DNA of 32,000 nt from Candidatus Methylomirabilis limnetica (GCF_003044035.1 NZ_NVQC01000009.1:30001-62000), one strand, 5' to 3'. Counted from the first letter of the stretch, positions 9,196 to 18,083 are shown. Numbers and translations: made by a program. The notes: generated by a model from the letters alone, not told the origin.

Positions 9196-11001
9196 CTACA
9201 CGCTCACGGCACCGACGACATCATGAATGGTTGTGGCCAGCGACTCGGAGATCCCGGCGGCGTGCCGCAGCTCCTCGATGCTGGCCTCGCGCAGGCGACG
9301 AAGGCTCCCGAATTGGGTGAGTAGCGCGCGCCTGCGCTTGGCCCCGATCCCGGGGACATCGTCCAGTAACGAGCGGATCGCCGACTTGCCCCTCAGCGCC
9401 CGGTGGTAGGTGATGGCAAACCGATGCGACTCGTCGCGGATCTGCTGAAGCAGTTGCCTGGCCCTGGACCGTTCCGGGAGTGCGATCGGTGTGGACCTGG
9501 ACGGCTGAAAGACCAACTCCTCCTCCTTTGCCAGGCTCACCATCGGAAGCGAATGCAGCCCCAGCTCCCTCACTACGCCGAGCGCGGCGTTGAGCTGACC
9601 GCGGCCGCCGTCAAGAAGGATGAGGTCGGGGAGCGGCATCTCCTCCGCCTTGTTCAGCCGCCGCCGCACCACTTCGGCCAGCATGGCGAAGTCATCCGGC
9701 CCCTGTACCGTCTTGATCTTGTAGCGCTTGTAAGCCGATTTCTTTGGCTTGCCATCCTCCCAGACCACCTGGGAGCCGACCGCCAGCGTTCCCGAGATGT
9801 TCGAGATGTCGTAGGCCTCGATCCGCCTGGGCGGGGCCGGGAGATCCAGCACCTCCTGCAGCTCCTTCAGGGCTTGCGCGCGACTCTGCGAGGATCGGAG
9901 CGACAGCGCAAGGGCCTCCTGCGCATTTGTCATCGCCAACTGGACGAGCCGCACCTTACGCCCGCGCCGTGGGACCAGCAACTGCACGCGGCGATTCGCT
10001 CTGGAGTCGAGCCACGCCGTAATAAGCGGGGCGTCTTCCAGAGGGTGAGACAGCAGGATCTCCTGAGGGATGTCCCGTGCGCCGAGGTAGAATTGTTTGA
10101 TCAACGAGGACAAAAGGTCACCAGCGGTCTCGGCTTTCAGCTCAAAGGTAAAGGTTTCGCGGCCGATTAGTCTGCCTCGCCTGATCAGGAAGAGCTGGAT
10201 CTGGGCCTCCCCCCCTTCCGCTGCGAGGCCAAAGATATCCTGATTCTCGCCCCGTGGCGAGATGATCCGCTGGCGCTCGAACACCTGGCGCAGCGAGGCG
10301 ATCTGGTCGCGGTATTTCGCCGCCTGTTCGAACTGAAGCGCCTCGGCAGCCTGACGCATCTGCTTGGCAAGTCGTTGTGTCAGGTCCTGATCCTTTCCCT
10401 CCAGCAGCAGTCGTGCCTGATCCACCAGCTCGCCGTACGCGGGCCCATCGATCAGCCCCTCGCACGGACCCGCGCAGCGGCCCAGGTGATATTCGAGGCA
10501 GAGCCGTCGGCCCTCGATTGACCGGCACTTCCGGAGGGGGATCGTCTTATTCACGAGGGCCAGCACGTCCCACATCGCGGTCGTCGGGACATACGGTCCG
10601 TAATAGAGCGCGCCATCGTCCTTGATCCGTCGGACCACCTGCACCCAGGGGAACGGCTCTTTCAGGTCGAGCTTGAGGAAGGGGTAATGTTTGTCATCCT
10701 TCAGGGCAATATTGTAGCGGGGCTTGTGACTCTTAATCAGGTTGCTTTCCAGGATGAGAGCCTCCAGCTCATTTGCCGTTATGATGAACTCCAGATCGGC
10801 AACCTGCTCCATCATGATCCGGATCTGGGACCGCTCTGGTACGTCCGGCGCCTCCGTGAAGTAGGAGGAGACGCGCTTCTTCAGCGATAGGGCCTTACCG
10901 ATGTACAGCACATGGCCTCGCCCGTCACGAAACAGATAGACGCCCGGCGCATCCGGAAGACCCCGCACCTTTTCTTGAAGCACATCGATCTGCTGCATCA
11001 C
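9196..11001 (-). CDS. uvrC: Excinuclease ABC subunit C
   Basis: N-terminal GIY-YIG ([19 protein letters not shown]...), a UVR domain (...[15 protein letters not shown]), the endonuclease domain and a C-terminal (HhH)2 (...[20 protein letters not shown]). GTG 11001 is immediately followed by ATG 10998; either could be the start. Confidence 0.96.
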   Translation of the reverse strand: MMQQIDVLQEKVRGLPDAPGVYLFRDGRGHVLYIGKALSLKKRVSSYFTEAPDVPERSQIRIMMEQVADLEFIITANELEALILESNLIKSHKPRYNIALKDDKHYPFLKLDLKEPFPWVQVVRRIKDDGALYYGPYVPTTAMWDVLALVNKTIPLRKCRSIEGRRLCLEYHLGRCAGPCEGLIDGPAYGELVDQARLLLEGKDQDLTQRLAKQMRQAAEALQFEQAAKYRDQIASLRQVFERQRIISPRGENQDIFGLAAEGGEAQIQLFLIRRGRLIGRETFTFELKAETAGDLLSSLIKQFYLGARDIPQEILLSHPLEDAPLITAWLDSRANRRVQLLVPRRGRKVRLVQLAMTNAQEALALSLRSSQSRAQALKELQEVLDLPAPPRRIEAYDISNISGTLAVGSQVVWEDGKPKKSAYKRYKIKTVQGPDDFAMLAEVVRRRLNKAEEMPLPDLILLDGGRGQLNAALGVVRELGLHSLPMVSLAKEEELVFQPSRSTPIALPERSRARQLLQQIRDESHRFAITYHRALRGKSAIRSLLDDVPGIGAKRRRALLTQFGSLRRLREASIEELRHAAGISESLATTIHDVVGAVSV

Positions 11002-11058
11002 GACTGAAAGATGTCATAGGCGCCAGACGCTGTCAAGGTGCGCCGCCACTCAAGGCCC

Positions 11059-11087
11059 TTGACATCGTTATCTCGAAAGCGTAGGCT
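11059..11087 (+). promoter_or_regulatory. Candidate sigma70-type promoter (TTGACA-17 nt-TAGGCT) for the small + strand ORF
   Basis: ttgaca at 11059-11064, a 17-nt spacer, then taggct at 11082-11087 (the T1, A2 and T6 positions are kept). It lies about 70 nt upstream of ORF 11159. Confidence 0.4.
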
Positions 11088-11158
11088 GTCCCATAGTACT
11101 TGCGGCTTCGTCCGAGGCTGCGCAAGAGAAGGAAGCGATCTAAGAAAGGAGAAAGTGA

Positions 11159-11344
11159 ATGGCGGGAAAGTTCCAACCGTACCGAGGGGAGAAGCGGCGA
11201 AAGGAGACCGCACGCAAGACCAAAAAGGAGGAGAAGCTCCGAAAGAAGATGGGGAAGAAAGAGGGTGCCCTACCGACCGAGGAGAGTGAACCTGTAGTGG
11301 GCGCGCCTCCCGCCGAAGAACCACCACCCCACCCGAACTCATAG
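11159..11344 (+). CDS. Hypothetical small, highly basic Lys/Arg/Glu-rich protein (61 aa) with Pro-rich acidic tail
   Basis: ATG lies 6 nt after aggaga (gaaaggagaaagtgaATG). The unit has its own candidate promoter, and its stop lies inside a strong stem-loop (11326-11357). Caveat: the ORF sits in a purine-rich tract where all three + frames are open, so it could be spurious. Confidence 0.4.
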   Translation: MAGKFQPYRGEKRRKETARKTKKEEKLRKKMGKKEGALPTEESEPVVGAPPAEEPPPHPNS

Positions 11345-11357
11345 TGTCGGGTGGGGT
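11326..11357. terminator. 11-bp perfect stem-loop between convergent typA and the small ORF (possible bidirectional terminator, no clear U-tract)
   Basis: accccacccga (11326-11336) / 10-nt loop / tcgggtggggt (11347-11357). It lies 8 nt downstream of the typA stop (11365-11367 on the minus strand). Confidence 0.45.
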
Positions 11358-11364
11358 CAGCGCG

Positions 11365-13194
11365 TCATCGACCCGCGACTTTCACCCGCTTTCTACCATG
11401 CCTATCTAATACCTTCTTGCGTAGCCGTAGACTCTTCGGTGTGACCTCCAGCAGTTCGTCCTCGGACAGATACTCGACGCAATTGTCGAGACTCATCTGG
11501 CGTGGCGGTGTCAGGCGCACGGAAATATCGGAGGTCGAGGCTCGCATGTTCGTCAGGTGCTTCTTCTTCGCGACATTGACCTCTAAGTCTCGTTCTTTTG
11601 CCGCCTCGCCGACGATCATTCCTTCATACGCCTCGGTCCCTGGTCCGATGAAGAGGATCCCGCTCGCCTCCGCACTCGCCAGGCCGTAAGACGTGGAGAT
11701 CCCCGCCTCCCACGCGACCAGCGACCCGCGGTCACGCCCGCGGATCTCGCCAACCATGGGTTCATAGGCGTGAAACAGGCTGTTGAGCAGCCCGGTCCCG
11801 CGCGTCGCGGTCAGGAACGCCTGCCGAAATCCCAGCAACCCTCGCGTGGGGACAATGAACTCATAGTGGACGAAGCCCTGGTCACCAATACGCATATCCT
11901 GCAGACGCCCTCGCCGCACCCCCAACATCTCCATCACCAACCCGGACTGCTCCTCCGGTACCTCGATGCTGACCCGTTCGAACGGCTCCAACCGCTCTCC
12001 GCTCTGCAAATCGGTCTGAAAGATGACCTCGGGTCTCGAGACCTGCAGTTCATACCCCTCGCGCCGCATCGTCTCGATCACGACGACCAGATGTAGCTCG
12101 CCGCGTCCAGCCACCAGGAAGCTATCGGGGGTCTCTGTGTCATAGACTCTCAGGCTGACATTGTGCTCGAGCTCCTTAAACAGGCGTTCGCGGAGGCTGC
12201 GGCTAGAGCTCCACTTCCCCTCCCGTCCCGCAAAGGGGCTGGTATTCACGCTGAAGGTCATCTGTACAGTCGGCTCGTCTACCAGGAGCGGGGGAAGGGC
12301 AATAGGGTTATCCTTGTCGGCAATCGTCTCCCCGATCCCAATCTCCGCAAGGCCAGTCACCGCCACAATTTCACCCGCCTCCGCCTCCTCGACCTCGATT
12401 CGGTCCAACCCCTGATGCACAAAGAGCTGAGCTATCTTACCGGGGTAGCAAGTTCCATCCTTCGCGATCCGGATGACCTCCTGAGCTCGGCGCAGACGGC
12501 CGGCGTACAGGCGGCCGATGGCGATCCGGCCCTTATAATCATCATAGGCCAGGAGGTTGACCAGCATCTGCGTGGGACCATCCCGCTCGACCATGGGGGG
12601 AGGTAGGGAGCTGAGGATGGTCTCGAACAGGGGCTGCAGGTCAGGGGCCAGTGAGGTTGGAGAAAGCCCAGCGAAACCACGGAGGCCGTCCGTATAGACG
12701 ATCGGGAAATCCGTCTGGTCTTCTGTTGCGCCAAGTTCGATGAAGAGATCGAAAGTCGCGTTGGTCGCGTAGTCGATTCGGGCGTTCGCACGGTCGATCT
12801 TGTTGACAACCACCACAACCTTATGATGGAGCTCCAGGGCCTTGCGCAGAACGAACCGGGTCTGGGGCATCGGCCCCTCCACGGCATCCACCAGCAGCAA
12901 CACCCCATCCACCATGTTCAGGACCCGCTCGACCTCGCCCCCGAAGTCGGCATGCCCTGGCGTGTCCACGATGTTGATTTTCACTTTCCCATAGGTGACG
13001 GCGGTATTCTTGGCCAGGATGGTGATGCCGCGCTCTCGTTCCAGAGGGTTAGAGTCCATAACCCGTTCAACCATCACCTGGTTGTCCCTGAAGATATGGC
13101 TCTGCTTCAGCATGGCGTCCACGAGCGTTGTCTTGCCATGGTCCACATGCGCGATGATGGCCAGATTCCTGAGATCGGTACGCTGCTGTGACAT
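11365..13194 (-). CDS. typA: Translational GTPase TypA/BipA
   Basis: [22 protein letters not shown]...[21 protein letters not shown]....[18 protein letters not shown]...NKIDR; 609 aa, with EF-G-like architecture. Confidence 0.97.
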   Translation of the reverse strand: MSQQRTDLRNLAIIAHVDHGKTTLVDAMLKQSHIFRDNQVMVERVMDSNPLERERGITILAKNTAVTYGKVKINIVDTPGHADFGGEVERVLNMVDGVLLLVDAVEGPMPQTRFVLRKALELHHKVVVVVNKIDRANARIDYATNATFDLFIELGATEDQTDFPIVYTDGLRGFAGLSPTSLAPDLQPLFETILSSLPPPMVERDGPTQMLVNLLAYDDYKGRIAIGRLYAGRLRRAQEVIRIAKDGTCYPGKIAQLFVHQGLDRIEVEEAEAGEIVAVTGLAEIGIGETIADKDNPIALPPLLVDEPTVQMTFSVNTSPFAGREGKWSSSRSLRERLFKELEHNVSLRVYDTETPDSFLVAGRGELHLVVVIETMRREGYELQVSRPEVIFQTDLQSGERLEPFERVSIEVPEEQSGLVMEMLGVRRGRLQDMRIGDQGFVHYEFIVPTRGLLGFRQAFLTATRGTGLLNSLFHAYEPMVGEIRGRDRGSLVAWEAGISTSYGLASAEASGILFIGPGTEAYEGMIVGEAAKERDLEVNVAKKKHLTNMRASTSDISVRLTPPRQMSLDNCVEYLSEDELLEVTPKSLRLRKKVLDRHGRKRVKVAGR

Positions 13195-13593
13195 AATGTG
13201 CCTTCTTCGATGCGGTTATAGACTGCGCCGTGCCCGGCAGTGGGCGGCACGAATGCGGAAAACGTAACGTACGCTCAAAACTCAGTATGGGGAGGCGCGC
13301 GAAAGGTCAGAGCCCGAAGGGAAACCGGCTGCGGACCTGCTGGGGCCGTTCTAACAGATGCGGCGTGTCAAGCTGCAACGGCACGAGTCAATCACCTCAT
13401 GAATTCACGGTACTATATCGCAAAGGAGCGGATTCGTCAAACAATTCCAGTGCCGAGCGTGGTGAGACTTTTCGGTTGCGCCGTGCGGCTCGGAGGCGTA
13501 CTATGCCTCGGTACCTGTCTGCCGCGCGTCGCGTGGCGCAGGCAGACGCGTGAGCGGTTCAGTTGGCTGTGTCACACCCATGGAGGATGAAGC

Positions 13594-14184
13594 ATGAAGG
13601 GGACCCGATACGTATCGACGCTTACGACTACCCTGGTGATGATCCTTGCCCTGACGGCGAGTCTTTCAGGATGCAGCCCAGGTTCAGGCAGCTCGACCGT
13701 GCCGCCCGAAACGGCGCCGGTTAAGGCCACCAAGACTGGCGATCTCGCGATTGAGAACGGCTCCACCGTGAAGCTGGAGTACGCGCTGACCGATGACAAG
13801 GGCACACTCCTGGATACCAACAAGGGGAAGGAGCCCTTGGCGTACACCCACGGGCAGGGGCAGATCATCCCAGGGCTGGAGAAGGCGCTAATCGGCCTGC
13901 GCACAGGTGACGCGAAGCACGTTGTGATCCGACCCGAAGAGGCCTACGGACCGATCAGGCCCGAAGCCGTCGTCGAGGTTCCCAAAGAACGAATTCCGGA
14001 GAAATTACAGACAGTCGGGGCCCATCTTGTGGCCCAACGTAAGGACGGGCAACCCATGCAGGCCTTCGTAAAAGAGGTCAAGGAGAAGACGGTCGTCCTG
14101 GACACCAATCACCCCCTGGCGGGCAAGATCCTGACCTTCGACGTCACGATCGTCGGCGTCGAGGCTGCGCAAGAGAAGAAGTAA
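13594..14184 (+). CDS. FKBP-type peptidyl-prolyl cis-trans isomerase, SlyD-like (insert-in-flap), with lipoprotein signal peptide
   Basis: The signal peptide ends in the lipobox LSGC (MKGTRYVSTLTTTLVMILALTASLSGC). The core reads ...VKLEYALTDDKGTLLDTN..KEPLAYTHGQGQIIPGLEKALIGLRTGD...PEEAYG......V......F........LDTNHPLAGKILTFDVTIVGVE. SD ggagga lies 6 nt upstream. Confidence 0.85.
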   Translation: MKGTRYVSTLTTTLVMILALTASLSGCSPGSGSSTVPPETAPVKATKTGDLAIENGSTVKLEYALTDDKGTLLDTNKGKEPLAYTHGQGQIIPGLEKALIGLRTGDAKHVVIRPEEAYGPIRPEAVVEVPKERIPEKLQTVGAHLVAQRKDGQPMQAFVKEVKEKTVVLDTNHPLAGKILTFDVTIVGVEAAQEKK

Positions 14185-14402
14185 GGACTGGCGCGGGACC
14201 AGCCTTCCTGATTTGTCAGTGTAAAATGAGCGCAACCCTTGACTGCTCATGCTCCCAGGCGGCCGCCAGGACGGGCTGCGAGTTATTAGAGGGATAAACC
14301 GCCGGTATAAGCAGCCGTCTAACGCGGCTCACTGAATAGTTTAGGCACCTTGATTTCGGAGCGCCATCTCTAGTAGTTAGGGGAAGCAGGAGGATAGAGG
14401 GA

Positions 14403-14693
14403 ATGAATCCGGAATCACTGGAAGTCTATTGCGCGAACGAGAAGTGTGGCGATCCCGAAGTGGATACGGGCGCCTCGGCTCCCACCGTGCAGTCGAGGAA
14501 GCATCGTCGCATGAGCTATATGGGTAAGCGTCGAATCGGCGTCGGTCGAGCCTTTCTCTCGAGCCTCGTCATGTTCCAGTTTGATCCCAGCGTGCATTCT
14601 CTCCCGCCAGGCAAGTACCACATCTTTCAGTGTTCCGTGTGCAACCGCGAGCGCATTTACCGTGAGCACGGCAAACAGCTCACGGAGGTGTAA
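14403..14693 (+). CDS. Hypothetical protein with split Cys pairs (C-x5-C ... C-x2-C), possible zinc ribbon
   Basis: The ATG is preceded by aggagg (9-nt spacing). The Cys pairs are YCANEKCG near the N-terminus and QCSVCNRE near the C-terminus. I recognise no homologous family. Confidence 0.45.
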   Translation: MNPESLEVYCANEKCGDPEVDTGASAPTVQSRKHRRMSYMGKRRIGVGRAFLSSLVMFQFDPSVHSLPPGKYHIFQCSVCNRERIYREHGKQLTEV

Positions 14694-14744
14694 CCGCGGG
14701 CCCCGGTCTTTTCAATATCGTGTGGGCAGCTCCGGAAAGTTAAC

Positions 14745-15035
14745 TTGATCTCGGCCCAGCAGCCGCTAGGCGCTGAACATCAACGGAGGATATCCCTGAG
14801 CCCGACAATATTCAGAGCTGGGGGATTCCGCTTCTATTTCTTCTCCCGCGAGGAGCACCGAATGCACGTTCATGTTCATTGTGGACGTGGGGAGGCGAAG
14901 TTCTGGCTGGAACCGAAGATCGAACTGGCGCAGAATTGTGGTATGATCGCCAGGCAACTCAGGACGGCGCAAACGCTCATCGAGGAGCACAGCGATGAAA
15001 TCTGCAACGCTTGGCAAAAACACTTCAGGCACTGA
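14745..15035 (+). CDS. DUF4160-family protein (start uncertain: TTG 14745 or CTG 14796)
   Basis: ...SPTIFRAGGFRFYFFSREEHRMHVHVHCGRGEAKFWLEPKIELAQNCGMIARQLRTAQTLIEEH matches the remembered DUF4160 pattern (MPTI.R.GGYRFFF.S.E...PHIHV....EAKFWL.P). A strong SD ggagga lies 5 nt before CTG 14796, which is where family members normally start. Confidence 0.75.
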   Translation: MISAQQPLGAEHQRRISLSPTIFRAGGFRFYFFSREEHRMHVHVHCGRGEAKFWLEPKIELAQNCGMIARQLRTAQTLIEEHSDEICNAWQKHFRH

Positions 15036-15306
15036 GGTAACGAATATCTCGAGGCATGGATTCTGGCTGCTGCTGGCCGACGAGGAGCTCTTCGTCCCGT
15101 TCAAAGAGTTTCCTTGGTTCAAGGATGCATCGGTATCAGAGGTGCTGAACGTTGAGCGACCGCATCCTCACCACCTGTATTGGCCCGATCTCGATGTGGA
15201 TTTAGCCGTTGAATCCATCAGGCATCCAGAGAAATTCCCTCTCGTCTCTAAGGTCTCGCACCCAGCGAGGCGCTCAAGCCGACGCCCAAAGGTCGCGAGC
15301 GGCTGA
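14995..15306 (+). CDS. DUF2442-family protein, overlapping partner of DUF4160
   Basis: ...VTNISRHGFWLLLADEELFVPFKEFPWFKDASVSEVLNVERPHPHHLYWPDLDVDLAVESI matches the remembered DUF2442 pattern (...W..LD.D....L). It overlaps the upstream gene by 41 nt. Confidence 0.7.
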   Translation: MKSATLGKNTSGTEVTNISRHGFWLLLADEELFVPFKEFPWFKDASVSEVLNVERPHPHHLYWPDLDVDLAVESIRHPEKFPLVSKVSHPARRSSRRPKVASG

Positions 15307-15406
15307 TGCGCGTCGTTACGCCCCACCCAAGCGACAGGGGCATCGGCCTCCTGCAGCCAAAGGCGGCGACGGCCATGCGCCTGCCTCGGACGGGAACTCC
15401 GGCACC

Positions 15407-16315
15407 TCACTCAAGGTAGACGAGGCCCTGGCGGTCGATCTCCAGAAGGCGTACGCGGTTCTCGATCCCGAACTCGTGCCGCCATCGCTCCCCCATGCGT
15501 CGGCCGATTTCCTCACCATCCCCGCTGGTGAGCGCGAGCAGCGAAGAGCCCGCGCCGCTCAGGCAGGTAGCCAGCGCCCCGGCCCGCCGTCCCTCGTCCA
15601 GGATCGCCTCCATTCCCGGGAGTAGCGCGGCCCGGTAGGGTTGGTGGAGGCGGTCTTCAGTCCCTGGTGCGAGCAGTTCCAGGCGATCGGTGGCGAGGCC
15701 CGTGAGCAGGAGGGCCAGGCGGGTCAGGTTGAAGACGGCATCAGCAAACGGGACCTGCTTGGGGAGCACCTCCCGCGCGCGCTTGGTGGCGAGTTTGAGG
15801 TCTGGGATCACGACCACCGCCTTCAGGTGAGCGGGAACGGGGACCCTGGCGGCCACTACGCGACCCTCTACGATGGCAGAAACCGTGAGGCCTCCCATCA
15901 AGGCTGGCGTCACGTTATCTGGATGCCCCTCGAAAGGCAGCGCTCTAGCGAGAAGCTCATCCGTCGAGAGCTCGACGCGGGCCAGACGGGCGGCGGCGGC
16001 GATCCCGGCGAGACAGGCCGCGGCGCTGCTGCCAAGGCCGCGCCCCAGCGGGATCCGGTTGATCTGGTGCACCCGCAGGCCGGAAGGCTGGAGGCCCAAA
16101 TCCCGTAGCGTCTCCTGCGCTGCTCGAACCGCAAGGTTCCGCTCACCTGCCCGCTCCAGCTCAGCCTTCCCCTCGCCCTCGACTTGAAGCTGGAGCCCCT
16201 CGCCATCGTCGCTGAGCTCTACCTCGTTGTACAGGCTCAGCGCCATCCCTAGCGTGTCAAACCCTGGTCCAAGGTTCGCTGTTGAGGCCGGTACCCGTAC
16301 TCTAACACGTCGCAT
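15407..16315 (-). CDS. thrB: Homoserine kinase
   Basis: VPASTANLGPGFDTLGMAL..., GHMP motif IPLGRGLGSSAAA, ...EGHPDNVTPALMGG. ATG 16315 (SD aaggaag) is preferred over TTG 16318 from the ORF track. Confidence 0.93.
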   Translation of the reverse strand: MRRVRVRVPASTANLGPGFDTLGMALSLYNEVELSDDGEGLQLQVEGEGKAELERAGERNLAVRAAQETLRDLGLQPSGLRVHQINRIPLGRGLGSSAAACLAGIAAAARLARVELSTDELLARALPFEGHPDNVTPALMGGLTVSAIVEGRVVAARVPVPAHLKAVVVIPDLKLATKRAREVLPKQVPFADAVFNLTRLALLLTGLATDRLELLAPGTEDRLHQPYRAALLPGMEAILDEGRRAGALATCLSGAGSSLLALTSGDGEEIGRRMGERWRHEFGIENRVRLLEIDRQGLVYLE

Positions 16316-16352
16316 CAATCACTCTTCCTTTGAAAATCCCCCCCCACCTGTA

Positions 16353-16439
16353 TCCTCCCCCTCCGAGGGGGGAGGAGCTCGCGTGAGGTGTCCCTTCCCC
16401 CCATGAGAGCCTGCCCCGGACTCGATCCGGGGGGGAAGG
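16353..16439. repeat. Two adjacent GC-rich hairpins (C-run/G-run palindromes) in the thrB/proC divergent intergenic region
   Basis: tcctccccc (16353-61) pairs with gggggagga (16368-76). ccttccc (16393-99) with ccccgga (16414-20) pairs with tccgggg (16426-32) and gggaagg (16433-39). These hairpins are the source of spurious ORFs 16302..16520, 16319..16543 and 16388..16576. Confidence 0.8.
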
Positions 16440-16593
16440 TGAGGATGGGGGGCGAAGTTGCATTTTCGTGTGCCGGGATGCGGCATGGCCCCATGGGGCG
16501 TTCCGCCAAGACTTCCGCATCTCGCATCGGCTGTCCCCACCATATACCGTACTTTGCCGATCCCCGCAAGGAGTAGTTGGTGGGCAAATCTCC

Positions 16594-16622
16594 TTGACTC
16601 TCGCAGCGTTTGACGCTATAAG
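16594..16622 (+). promoter_or_regulatory. Candidate sigma70-type promoter (TTGACT-17 nt-TATAAG) upstream of proC
   Basis: ttgact at 16594-99, a 17-nt spacer, then tataag at 16617-22. This lies 33 nt before the proC ATG, which has SD aaggag. Confidence 0.6.
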
Positions 16623-16654
16623 ACGAGAGGCCTTTTGGACGTAAGGAGCGCGGC

Positions 16655-17470
16655 ATGCTACAAGGTCTGACCATCGGGTTCATCGGGGCCGGCAACATGG
16701 CCGAGGCGTTAATCCGCGGCCTGCTCGAAGCTAAGCTGGTGGCTGCAGACCAGATCATTGCCTCGGACATCGTCGAGGCGAAACGACAGCAGATCCACCA
16801 GCGCCACGGCATCCAGACGGTGACCGAGGGCCGCGATGTGGCCACGAAGGCCTCGATCCTGGTTCTGGCCGTCAAGCCCCAGGACATGGAGACGGCGCTG
16901 AAGGGGATCGCCGCTTCCGTGGATCAGACCAAGACGATCATCTCGGTTGCCGCTGGCATCACGATCGCCTTCATCGCCGAGCGCCTGCCCGCCAAGGCGC
17001 GGATCATTCGCGCCATGCCCAATGCGCCGGCCCTGGTTCTGGCCGGTGCCGCCGGGATCGCGAAGGGTGAGCATGCGACAGCCGAAGACCTGCAGTGTGC
17101 AGAGGCGATCTTCGCCGCGGTTGGCAAAGCGGTCGTGGTTGATGAGACGCACCTGGACGCCGTGACGGGACTGAGCGGCAGCGGCCCAGCCTACGCGTTC
17201 CTGTTTATCGAGGCGCTGGCTGACGCCGGTGTGAAGATGGGGCTTGCGCGGGATGTCGCCAGACTGCTGGCCGCTCAAACCGTCCTGGGCGCAGCAAAGA
17301 TGGTCCTCGAGAGCGGTCGTCATCCGGCCGAACTGAAGGATATGGTCGCCTCTCCCGGAGGGACGACCATTGCCGGGCTGCATGTCCTGGAGCGCGGCGG
17401 ATTGCGCGGGACCCTGATAGAGGCGGTAGAGGCGGCCACGATTCGATCCCGGGAACTGGGCAGGAGATAA
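16655..17470 (+). CDS. proC: Pyrroline-5-carboxylate reductase
   Basis: IGFIGAGNMAEALIRGLL...VLAVKPQDM...IISVAAGI...IRAMPN.PALV..G......G........LSGSGPAYAFLFIEALADAGV..GL.R..A..LAAQTVLGAAKMV...G.HPAELKD.V.SPGGTTI.GL..LE. Confidence 0.96.
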   Translation: MLQGLTIGFIGAGNMAEALIRGLLEAKLVAADQIIASDIVEAKRQQIHQRHGIQTVTEGRDVATKASILVLAVKPQDMETALKGIAASVDQTKTIISVAAGITIAFIAERLPAKARIIRAMPNAPALVLAGAAGIAKGEHATAEDLQCAEAIFAAVGKAVVVDETHLDAVTGLSGSGPAYAFLFIEALADAGVKMGLARDVARLLAAQTVLGAAKMVLESGRHPAELKDMVASPGGTTIAGLHVLERGGLRGTLIEAVEAATIRSRELGRR

Positions 17471-17475
17471 TCACC

Positions 17476-17775
17476 ATGCCGTTCGTCGCCCACTTCATTG
17501 ATGCATTTGCGTCCATTCTGGGCCAGGTACTGGGGCTCTACACCTGGGTCCTCATCATCCGGGCGGTCATCTCCTGGGTCAACCCAGACCCCTGGAACCC
17601 GATCGTCCAATTCCTTTGCCGTGTTACCGACCCGGTGCTTCAGCCGATTCAGAAATTACTGCCACCGTGGCGATTGGGGATCGATATCTCTCCCATCGTA
17701 GCTATCCTGGCGATCCAGTTTATCCAGCAGTGGCTTGTGCCCTCCCTCCGCGAGGTGGCCTCGATGCTTCAGTAA
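17476..17775 (+). CDS. YggT-family membrane protein
   Basis: ...YTWVLIIRAVISWVNPDPWNPIVQFLCRVTDPVLQPIQKLLPPWRLGIDISPIVAIL... is the YggT signature. It sits in the conserved proC-yggT-DUF167 neighbourhood. Confidence 0.9.
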   Translation: MPFVAHFIDAFASILGQVLGLYTWVLIIRAVISWVNPDPWNPIVQFLCRVTDPVLQPIQKLLPPWRLGIDISPIVAILAIQFIQQWLVPSLREVASMLQ

Positions 17776-18083
17776 TGATTCTGGTTCGACAGGAGGGCGA
17801 GGCCGCCTCCTTTCGTGCCCATCTTCAGCCGAAGGCGTCCCGCGAAGCGATCGTCGGCGAAGCCGACGGTATCCTGCGGCTTCGGGTAAACGCCCCGCCA
17901 GTAGATGGACGGGCGAACGAGGCCTGCCTCCGCCTGCTGGCCAAGGCTCTTGACCTGCCGGTCTCCCGCCTTCGAATTGCCGCCGGTCAGCACGCCCGTG
18001 TAAAAACCATCCAAATCGCCGGAGCCTCCGCCGATCTCATCCGCCTCGCGCTCTGCGACCTGCTAGAGCATCCAAAGCGCTAG
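17775..18083 (+). CDS. DUF167 (YggU)-family protein
   Basis: ATG 17775 overlaps the yggT stop (TAATG). FRAHLQPKASREAIVGEADGILRLRVNAPPVDGRANEACLRLLAKALDLPVSRLRIAAGQHARVKTIQI matches the DUF167 pattern (V.P.A....I.G......L.V.V.APP..G.AN). Confidence 0.85.
   Translation: MILVRQEGEAASFRAHLQPKASREAIVGEADGILRLRVNAPPVDGRANEACLRLLAKALDLPVSRLRIAAGQHARVKTIQIAGASADLIRLALCDLLEHPKR

Noticed and set aside
9403-10170. Long antisense or alternative-frame ORFs inside well-supported genes, for example 9403..10170(+), 16709..17383(-), 28065..28775(-), 21717..22307(-), 18395..19045(-), 4437..4931(-) and 5448..5918(-).
   Set aside because: These are typical shadow ORFs of high-GC coding DNA. Each lies wholly inside a gene with clear family signatures, shows Arg/Pro/Gly-rich low-complexity translation, and has no SD.
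11038-11297. Two further + strand ORFs (11038..11289, 11100..11297) and minus ORF 10998..11342 in the polypurine tract.
   Set aside because: All frames are open because of the low-complexity purine/pyrimidine composition. Only 11159..11344 has an SD, a promoter and a terminal hairpin, and even that call is tentative.
13195-13593. 400-bp typA/FKBP divergent spacer. The stretch ggtcagagcccgaagggaaaccggctgcggacc (about 13305-13340) vaguely recalls SRP RNA helix 8 or a cobalamin-riboswitch core. ORFs 13230..13553 and 13240..13590 also lie here.
   Set aside because: The stretch lacks the SRP GGAA-tetraloop/AGCA loop arrangement and the B12 box (GCCACTG). The neighbouring genes do not fit either RNA. 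The ORFs have no SD and odd composition. A covariance-model scan (Rfam) would be needed, and I cannot support a call without it.
14331-14341. actgaatagtt resembles the right TIR of the MITE-like element (actgaatggtt).
   Set aside because: A 10/11 match of this length is expected by chance about once in a window of this size (both strands). There is no partner repeat nearby.
16315-16887. 190-aa minus-strand ORF spanning the thrB/proC spacer, plus ORFs 16302..16520, 16319..16543 and 16388..16576.
   Set aside because: They read through the GC-rich palindromes and run antisense to the proC 5' end. They are artefacts of the repeats.
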